DNA from: Chlamydiota bacterium | GTDB taxonomy: Bacteria; Chlamydiota; Chlamydiia; Chlamydiales; SM23-39 | DNA: 22,951 bases | NCBI GenBank assembly: GCA_048498835.1 | Contig: JBEHXF010000033.1 | Location: forward strand, 1 to 22,951 | Reading direction: 5' to 3' | Part shown: positions 16,534 to 22,951 of the stretch, piece by piece | Numbering within the stretch: position 1 is the stretch's first letter | Layout of the letters: every line of letters begins with the position of its first letter | Notes under the pieces: generated by a model | What the model was told of the DNA's origin: nothing | What the model saw: the letters and a program-made list of their open reading frames with translations, nothing else | The model's database searches: none | Translations under genes and position numbers: made by a program

Positions 16534-17033
16534 TCCCATCCTTCTAGATCGTCGTTAACCTCCTTTTTAATTCTCTCTTCAAAAATAGTTGTTAGGCGTT
16601 GGATTTGAGCATCCGTTTCTTTGAGTGTCTTTTTCGTTCTTGTTTTCTTTTTGGATTTCTTGATTAGCCACTGCAAAAATGCCGTGTTACACTGTGTTTT
16701 TGCACCTGCAGATTGAGCGTGTCTTCGCAGGCCAGCGTCGTTTGTCACAACTGTTGTGGCTTTACAGCTTTTCATGAGCGATAACTTCTCAATGATAAAA
16801 AAATCTGCAGATTGACCCTTAGGCGTATAGACTACTTCCATGGGACTGGGATAGGAAAGGCCACTTTCTTCATCTCTTCGATGAGCCCCGTCAAATACAA
16901 TCGTACCCGAAAGATTCATGTTGGCAAACTCGCGCTGGATCCAGACAATGAGTTTCTGCCTTTGACTTTGAAGAGGTTTTTGACTTTCAAGCCAACTAAA
17001 TAAGAGATTGTAACCGTCTAGAAAGTAGTACAC
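16530..17033 (-). CDS. NYN-domain (YacP/Rae1-like) PIN-fold ribonuclease
   Basis: LDGYNL, VFDG, SAD..I, VVTND acidic motifs; Lys-rich C-terminal tail; GTG start. Confidence 0.88.
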   Translation of the reverse strand: MYYFLDGYNLLFSWLESQKPLQSQRQKLIVWIQREFANMNLSGTIVFDGAHRRDEESGLSYPSPMEVVYTPKGQSADFFIIEKLSLMKSCKATTVVTNDAGLRRHAQSAGAKTQCNTAFLQWLIKKSKKKTRTKKTLKETDAQIQRLTTIFEERIKKEVNDDLEGWD

Positions 17034-17036
17034 GGT

Positions 17037-17669
17037 TTAATCGGATGTGTAGATCGATTCGAGAGCCAGCAGAATTTTATCTAGCGCTTTTCTCCGATGA
17101 GAAATCCGATTTTTCAGCGTTTCTTCTAGTTCTGCAAAGGTTTTGTTATAGCCATGCTTAACAAATAAGGGATCATATCCAAATCCGCCACCACCTTTTT
17201 CATGAGGGAGTAGGGTTCCTTCGCAAATTCCGTGGACGCATTTTTTTACTCCTGAAGGAGAGGCTAAAACAAGGCAACATTCATAATAACCGTTGCGGTC
17301 ATCATCCATCAGGTGTTGCATGGTTTCGAGGAGCTTTTTACGATTGTCTGCGTAGGTTGCGTCGTTGCCGGCAAAACTTGAGGAATAAACGCCAGGAGCG
17401 CCAGCGATAGCTGGGACAACAAGGCCCGAATCATCGGCTAAAACCCAGCGGTTAAGAGCTTGTGCTGCGTGCGTTGCTTTCAGGATGGCGTTTTCTTCGA
17501 ATGTTGTTCCAGTTTCAAGGGGTGGGGTATAGTCTGGAAAGTCGTTAAACGTTCGTAGATCGAGTCGTGAATTCGACTTAAGCATCGATTTGAATTCACG
17601 GATCTTGTGTACATTGGTGCTAGCGATAACAAGTTCAAGTCTTGAAGGTGTCGTAGAACGATTAGACAT
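17037..17669 (-). CDS. rdgB: Non-canonical purine NTP pyrophosphatase (RdgB/HAM1)
   Basis: ASTN.HK..E, E...TFEENA..KA, ADDSGL, GFGYDP.F, KN.ISHR. Confidence 0.96.
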   Translation of the reverse strand: MSNRSTTPSRLELVIASTNVHKIREFKSMLKSNSRLDLRTFNDFPDYTPPLETGTTFEENAILKATHAAQALNRWVLADDSGLVVPAIAGAPGVYSSSFAGNDATYADNRKKLLETMQHLMDDDRNGYYECCLVLASPSGVKKCVHGICEGTLLPHEKGGGGFGYDPLFVKHGYNKTFAELEETLKNRISHRRKALDKILLALESIYTSD

Positions 17670-17698
17670 AAAACCTCAGCAGCTTCAAGATAATCGAA

Positions 17699-19870
17699 TT
17701 ATTTTTTCTGATCAAAGTAATTGTCGATATCTTTGATCGTGAATTTTTCCCCTTGGAAATCGAATTTTTCTCCAATTGTCCGCCCTTTCATAGCTTGAGC
17801 GAGCTTAGACTGCATGGAGAGAATGCGAGCTTCGGGATCGGCATCCCAAGGTCCTAATATAATAAAACGGGAATGTTCACCTTTCGTATCAACGCAATGG
17901 ACGATAGAGCCGATTCCCACTTCATCTGTGCTCACATCTTCTGGTGTTAAAATACGGGCGCGAGCCAATTGATCGGACAGGAATTTAAGTTCTGACTGAA
18001 GTCTTTCTCTTCTTTCAAGAGCAGCCTTAAATTCTGCGTTTTCTCGAAGATCACCGTGAGCGCGCGCAGTTTCAATTTCCTTCGCGTTTTGTACGGTTTC
18101 AACGGTGGCAATGTGTTGAACGCGTTGCTGTGTCTTCTGGTAAGCTTCGCGAGTCGACCAGATGATGTTTTCTTCATCAGTATTGGTGTCTTTATCTTTG
18201 CGCAACCGAGATAGACTTGGGTGAACGACTTCGGCGAGTGAATGCAAGATTTTTATATCGTGGTCGGTCATGGAGCCGCACTTCGTCGCAAGGAGAAGAT
18301 ATTCTTTCACTTCATCTTGGTTTGAATGTTGCATGATATCACGGACGATTTTGTATCGATCAGCAGTGATTAGACCGAGAATCTTCTTAGCAAGATCGCG
18401 ATACTGGGGCTTTTGCTCGAGATGGTCCAGGAGAATCAAAAGACCTTCAAAGAAGTCGTTTTTCCCTGCATCATCGGCAAAGGGAAGCTTGGACTTCGGC
18501 GTGATGATTTTCTGGAAGTACCAGACAAAAACTTCTGGATAGGAAAGTGGATGAATCAAAAGGGTGTTGAGCTTTTGTTTTAGATCGACTTTTGTATCGG
18601 TTGTATCAAGTTCATGAATCAGGAAATCGCGAAGAAGATTTTGATCGATGCTGAAGAGAAGATCGAGATAGATCTCTTTCCAGTCTTTACGCAATTTTTT
18701 AGCCTGCTGGAGCAACCGTTTCTGAAAGCCCATTACCTCAATCGCTCGGACTACATCCGGAACTGCTTTCATGTGGGAAATTGATTCAGTGATTTCTCCG
18801 TTGATTTTAGGGACGTCGAGATCCTCTAGGAAAAACAGAATTTGGATCTTTTGGCTATCGTTCAGTTGTTCTTGAGCTAAAATATCGTTCATTCGCGCAG
18901 TCAACGAAGCTCGGAATTCTTGATTTTTCAACGTTTCTGGGAAATCCCGCAAGAAGGTATAGACCATCTGAATTGTCGCGTGGATGGATGGTTTTGCTTC
19001 TAGAGCTTTATGAAGAGCGACTTCATGGGGAATTTCTTCTTTTCGGAGGCGGAAGGGATCTTTTAGCTCTTTTGGCGAATCGATCATCGTATCTTTTTTA
19101 ATTTTTGAGCGAGCTGTTTGCCACCAGCGGTTCCAGTCATCCACAGGAATGACTAATTCGCACATTTCTTCTTTGATTTCGGCAGCTGTTTTAGGGCCGA
19201 GATCGCGCAATAGAATTTTGATCACTTCGCCTGGATTTTCGCGCGCTTCCTTTTCCAGCAAATCTGGATTCCCAAAACGGCGGGAATAAAAGTGTTCATT
19301 GGGCAAAGGGAGAAGAGTTTTAAATGCTTTTTCAAAAGAGAAATGCTGAGAGCCCACTACGTATTCAAATTCAATCGCAACTTCTTCGCGCACCATAGAA
19401 ACATCGAGAAGCTCACCTGTCCCCCAACCAGCGGTATGGAATACAAAGTTACCTTTTTTAAAGTGAGTGAGCAGTTCATAATTGCGGATGGCAGATTGAA
19501 ATTTTTCCCGATTGCGTAGGCCAATGAGGCGGAGCTTTTCTAGGAAAAGGGGATCGGTATTGTAAAGGTTTTTAAGATACTCTGTTGCGAGATCGGCTAA
19601 CTCTTCGCTGTTGGTTGTTTGTAGATCAAAAACGAGTCTTAAAACACCCAGCGCGAGCTTTTGATCTTTTAACTCTCGCCAAAGCGGGAGGATTCTCTCG
19701 ACATGGACTCCAAAAGGCTTTGCAATCTCAGATTGTTTTACACTTTCCAAAACAGCGATCATTTCCTCGCCATCAGGTTGATCACCATAGCAGTACTCTT
19801 CCCAAATTTTTAAAAACCCGGGGTAGTCGTTATTTTGGATTCTTTCGCGAAAGTCTTTTAAATAGGCCAT
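17699..19870 (-). CDS. greA: Transcription elongation factor GreA, long chlamydial form
   Basis: C-terminal ARAHGDLRENAEFKAA...ILGPWDADP...S.QS.LAQ Gre domain, preceded by a ~560-aa helical extension. Confidence 0.93.
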   Translation of the reverse strand: MAYLKDFRERIQNNDYPGFLKIWEEYCYGDQPDGEEMIAVLESVKQSEIAKPFGVHVERILPLWRELKDQKLALGVLRLVFDLQTTNSEELADLATEYLKNLYNTDPLFLEKLRLIGLRNREKFQSAIRNYELLTHFKKGNFVFHTAGWGTGELLDVSMVREEVAIEFEYVVGSQHFSFEKAFKTLLPLPNEHFYSRRFGNPDLLEKEARENPGEVIKILLRDLGPKTAAEIKEEMCELVIPVDDWNRWWQTARSKIKKDTMIDSPKELKDPFRLRKEEIPHEVALHKALEAKPSIHATIQMVYTFLRDFPETLKNQEFRASLTARMNDILAQEQLNDSQKIQILFFLEDLDVPKINGEITESISHMKAVPDVVRAIEVMGFQKRLLQQAKKLRKDWKEIYLDLLFSIDQNLLRDFLIHELDTTDTKVDLKQKLNTLLIHPLSYPEVFVWYFQKIITPKSKLPFADDAGKNDFFEGLLILLDHLEQKPQYRDLAKKILGLITADRYKIVRDIMQHSNQDEVKEYLLLATKCGSMTDHDIKILHSLAEVVHPSLSRLRKDKDTNTDEENIIWSTREAYQKTQQRVQHIATVETVQNAKEIETARAHGDLRENAEFKAALERRERLQSELKFLSDQLARARILTPEDVSTDEVGIGSIVHCVDTKGEHSRFIILGPWDADPEARILSMQSKLAQAMKGRTIGEKFDFQGEKFTIKDIDNYFDQKK

Positions 19871-19911
19871 GGAACTCTAATGTTAAACTTTTTTGAATAT
19901 CTTTAGGGAGG

Positions 19912-19940
19912 AGTATAAGGATTGGAGAAATAATCTTCAA
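19912..19940 (-). promoter_or_regulatory. Putative promoter of greA-rdgB-NYN
   Basis: TTGAAG-N17-TATACT. Confidence 0.7.
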
Positions 19941-19992
19941 TTGAGGAGTTTAAGAAAGAATTAAGCAGCTGCATGGGGAAAAAAGGTTGATG

Positions 19993-20021
19993 TTGCAAGA
20001 AATAGTTTTCAGCTCTACGCT
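19993..20021 (+). promoter_or_regulatory. Putative promoter of the YjbH-domain gene
   Basis: TTGCAA-N17-TACGCT. Confidence 0.55.
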
Positions 20022-20044
20022 TTCAAAATTTCAATGCAAAGGTC

Positions 20045-22213
20045 ATGGCTCTCCCAAGAATCTTATTTTTTCTGTCGTTTTTCCCGATTCTTGGCTTTTC
20101 TCAGGATGGCTCTCTTGGCTTAGATTCAAAAACTGAACGGCTGTTTCGAGATCTGGAGATCGTTCAACAAATCGATCAAGAGCTCCATGATCGCCTTCCG
20201 CTTCTTGTTAACTACCAGCAACAAGGGGGGTACTTCACAATGCCCTCTGCGAGAACTTATGATGCCGGACTTTTGGGTTTCCAATTTGCTTATGTCCCTC
20301 CCTATCATATCTGGAGCCTTGCATTTCAATTTTTCGACCATTTAGAAACCACTGGTAATTACTGGATTTACAAAGGAGTTCAAGAGGCGAATTTTGGCCA
20401 TTTAGGATTTGGGGATGATGCGGAGCGGGCAGCCAATGTTAAATTTATTTTAATGCGAAAAGAGGATGGATTTTCCTTCTTGCCTGAATTTGCTCTAGGC
20501 TGGAATGACTTTATTGGAAGTTGTCGATTTCAATCCTTTTATGTCGTTGCGACACAGGATTTTTTAAAATTAAATCTTGAGGCTTCTTTGGGTTGGGGAA
20601 ACGGCCGAATGGATGGTTTTTTTGGCGCTCTTGCTTGGTCTCCCTTGCGCCATAGCCGATATTTTTGGAAAGGTCTTACGCTTGTAGCTGAGTATGATGC
20701 GAATAATTATAGCGGCCATTCTTTTGAACACAAAGATGGGAGAAAAGTCGATTTGAGAATCAATGCCGGTGTCCAGTTCAATTTATATAACTTACTTCGT
20801 GCATCTGTTAGTAGTCTGAGAGGGAATAATTGGGCGGCTAGCCTTGCTTTGCAATATAATCTGGGGGAAAGTCAGGGATTATTTCCAAAGATATACGATC
20901 CCGCCCCTTATTACGCTCCAATTGATCGGGAACCATTAGGGCTCATTCGCTCAAGAGAGGAATTTGGGCAAGAACTTGCCTATGCTTTAAGAGAACAGGG
21001 TTTAGATCTCTATTCTGTCCGTTTGATTCCGGAACAAAATGGGAAAGACCGACTTTGGATGAAAATTGTTAATATCCGTTACCGAGAAGAAGAAATGGTG
21101 CGGAATCGAATCGAAAGGGTAGTTGGTTCTTTGCTACCAGCGAATGTAACGAACGTAACAGCGGTGATTGAAGCTGATGGACTGCCCATTCACGAATATC
21201 AGTTTAGAGCAGAGGATTTAAAGCGGTATTGTGAAGATAAGATTGGAGAAGATGAATTTCGAATTATTGCCCCATCAAAAGAGGCCAAATCAGGGCCTGG
21301 TAATTTTGATTCGATACTTCTTTATCAACGACAAAAGCCGATTTGGATTTTGACTTTTCGTCCTTGGCTTAGAACTTTCTTTGGAAGTAGCCAGGGTAAA
21401 ATTAAGTATGAGACAGGTCTGGCTTTAGGTCCAGAAGGGTATATTCTCGACCAAATTTATTACTCGATCTATGCCACGTGGACTTTGAAATCCAGTGTTC
21501 AGCATTTAGGGGATCAAGATGTGTTGAATCCCTCTCGCATCATCAATGTTCGTACTGACACAATTCGGTATAACCAAAGTAATTCATTTCATCTTGAGCA
21601 AGCCTATTTGCAGAAAAGTTGGAATATGGGAAGCGGCTGGTTTTCTCGCTTAGCTGCCGGTTATTTTGAAACTGCTTATGCAGGAGTTGCAGGTGAGGCC
21701 CTTTATTATCCGGTCCGCTCTGATTGGGCAATCGGATTTGATGTTGCTACTGTTTTTAAGCGAAGTTATTACGGAATGGGTTTTCAAAAAGTTCGAAAGT
21801 ATACGAACAAGGGTTATAAATATTTCCCTTTTACCGGATTGCAATACTTCGTCGATTTTTATTATGAATATAAACCGTTTGGCCTCGATTTCAAAGTCAG
21901 TGCAGGACAATTTCTCGCCCGTGATAAAGGTATACGCTGTGATGTGGGGAGGATTTTTCCCAGTGGCTTAAGAGTGGGGTTGTGGTACACACTGACGAAC
22001 GCAGAAGATGTAGTGAATAACAGTCGATACTACGATAAGGGGTTTTCGATTACGATGCCTCTCGATCTATTTATGAACAAATCTTCTAGAACTCGAATCG
22101 GCTATTCAATGTCCGCTTGGCTCCGCGATTGTGGTGCGATTTCTGCAACGGGTAAAGAGCTTTATCGAACCCTTTATTGGGAGCGTTTCAATCCTAAACC
22201 TGTTGTATACTGA
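20045..22213 (+). CDS. YjbH/GfcD-domain outer-membrane protein
   Basis: GGYFTMPSAR, SLGWGNG, FFG.L.W, L.AEYD...Y, AGYFE.AYAG..GE.LY.P, GQFLA.D.G, F.SG..VG.W.T, DKGF...PLD.F; signal peptide. Confidence 0.85.
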   Translation: MALPRILFFLSFFPILGFSQDGSLGLDSKTERLFRDLEIVQQIDQELHDRLPLLVNYQQQGGYFTMPSARTYDAGLLGFQFAYVPPYHIWSLAFQFFDHLETTGNYWIYKGVQEANFGHLGFGDDAERAANVKFILMRKEDGFSFLPEFALGWNDFIGSCRFQSFYVVATQDFLKLNLEASLGWGNGRMDGFFGALAWSPLRHSRYFWKGLTLVAEYDANNYSGHSFEHKDGRKVDLRINAGVQFNLYNLLRASVSSLRGNNWAASLALQYNLGESQGLFPKIYDPAPYYAPIDREPLGLIRSREEFGQELAYALREQGLDLYSVRLIPEQNGKDRLWMKIVNIRYREEEMVRNRIERVVGSLLPANVTNVTAVIEADGLPIHEYQFRAEDLKRYCEDKIGEDEFRIIAPSKEAKSGPGNFDSILLYQRQKPIWILTFRPWLRTFFGSSQGKIKYETGLALGPEGYILDQIYYSIYATWTLKSSVQHLGDQDVLNPSRIINVRTDTIRYNQSNSFHLEQAYLQKSWNMGSGWFSRLAAGYFETAYAGVAGEALYYPVRSDWAIGFDVATVFKRSYYGMGFQKVRKYTNKGYKYFPFTGLQYFVDFYYEYKPFGLDFKVSAGQFLARDKGIRCDVGRIFPSGLRVGLWYTLTNAEDVVNNSRYYDKGFSITMPLDLFMNKSSRTRIGYSMSAWLRDCGAISATGKELYRTLYWERFNPKPVVY

Positions 22214-22236
22214 TGTAAAGCGGCTTTACAAACGAT
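22214..22236. repeat. Palindrome TGTAAAGC-G-GCTTTACA (+AACGAT), copy 2
   Basis: Perfect 8-1-8 inverted repeat at 22214-22230, filling the yjbH/hemB convergent gap and containing the hemB stop codon. Confidence 0.8.
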
Positions 22237-22951
22237 CGAGAATTTGATCGATGGCATAGGTCAAAATCATATCGGCGCCTGCTCTTTTAATGCTTAAAAG
22301 GGCTTCATGGAATACTTTGGGTGCTGAGAGATAACCTGCTTGGTGCGCGGCCATGACCATGGCGTATTCACCACTAACATGATAGGCTGCAATTGGCCTT
22401 TTTGTCTGTGCGCGCAATTTAGCAATGATGTCGAGATAGAAAAGAGCGGGCTTGACCAGCAAGATGTCAGCGCCTTCTTTTTCATCGAACTCTGCTTCGA
22501 GAAGAGCTTCGCGTGAATTGGCAGGGTTGAGCTGATAACTTTTCTTATCGCCAAATTGCAGCTTTACGTTGACCGCTTCTCGAAAGGGCTCATAGAGCGA
22601 AGAAGCATATTTAGCGCTATAAGCTAAGATGCCAACTTGTTGAAACCCACTTAGATCTAATGCTTCTCGGATTGCTTGGATTCGTCCGTCCATCATATCG
22701 CTTGGCGCAACATAGTCGATCCCTGCTTCAGCCTGACAAAGGGCCATTTGAATCAGTCGCTCGATGGTTTCGTCATTCAGGACTTCGCCTTTTGTATTCA
22801 CCAGTCCATCATGTCCGTGTGAAGTATAGGGATCGAGCGCTACATCAGCAATGAGGCAAATATCGGGGAAATGTTGCTTGATTGTACGGATGGAACGAGC
22901 GGTGAGGTTATGGGGGTTCCACGACTCTTCGGCACCGTCCGATTTGAGAGA
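22226..22951 (-). CDS. hemB: Porphobilinogen synthase (ALA dehydratase), 5' end outside the window
   Basis: Frame stays open to the right edge: DVALDPYTSHGHDG, APSDMMDGRI, YSAKYAS..Y.PFREA, EGADILLVKP, AYHVSGEY, KRAGAD.ILTY. Confidence 0.97.
   Translation of the reverse strand, partial: SLKSDGAEESWNPHNLTARSIRTIKQHFPDICLIADVALDPYTSHGHDGLVNTKGEVLNDETIERLIQMALCQAEAGIDYVAPSDMMDGRIQAIREALDLSGFQQVGILAYSAKYASSLYEPFREAVNVKLQFGDKKSYQLNPANSREALLEAEFDEKEGADILLVKPALFYLDIIAKLRAQTKRPIAAYHVSGEYAMVMAAHQAGYLSAPKVFHEALLSIKRAGADMILTYAIDQILDRL

Noticed and set aside
16530..17033. PIN toxin (VapC) or defence nuclease
   Set aside because: The motifs match housekeeping NYN_YacP; no antitoxin partner or defence context.
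1..22951. Frequent ATCGAT/TCGA words as a possible HIP1- or uptake-like signal
   Set aside because: An impression by eye only; could be explained by Ile-Asp/Ile-Glu codon pairs. It needs a Markov-corrected k-mer count.
1..22951. CRISPR array, tRNA/rRNA, IS, integrase or prophage
   Set aside because: No regularly spaced repeats, cloverleaf-like sequences or recombinase/transposase motifs seen; intergenic gaps are short and mostly explained.

Overview
A densely coded chromosomal segment, most likely from an environmental member of the Chlamydiota. Support for this: the ~720-aa chlamydial-type GreA, tandem MOMP-like (Lpg1974-family) porins, the dus-yggT / three-hypothetical / ygfA gene block, and a glucokinase. 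Gene order, left to right: 5' part of recA; GT4-like glycosyltransferase; glk + GH63-like glucosidase; two paralogous porins, each with its own promoter, structured leader and terminator; a small acidic ORF; NlpC/P60 peptidase divergent from oppA and a small secreted protein; ygfA; MORN-repeat lipoprotein; PilO/GspM-like and PilMN/GspL-like membrane proteins; yggT-dus; NYN(YacP)-rdgB-greA; a YjbH-domain protein; 3' part of hemB. I saw no tRNA, rRNA, CRISPR array or mobile element. Best leads: (1) a cryptic PilMN/PilO/lipoprotein (GspL/GspM-like) module among 'hypothetical' genes; (2) a conserved RNA motif in both porin leaders; (3) a 23-bp palindromic repeat present twice, about 20.7 kb apart; (4) a ~10.8-kb envelope/sugar block between ygfA and recA. 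All calls were made by eye from motifs, with no database searches.
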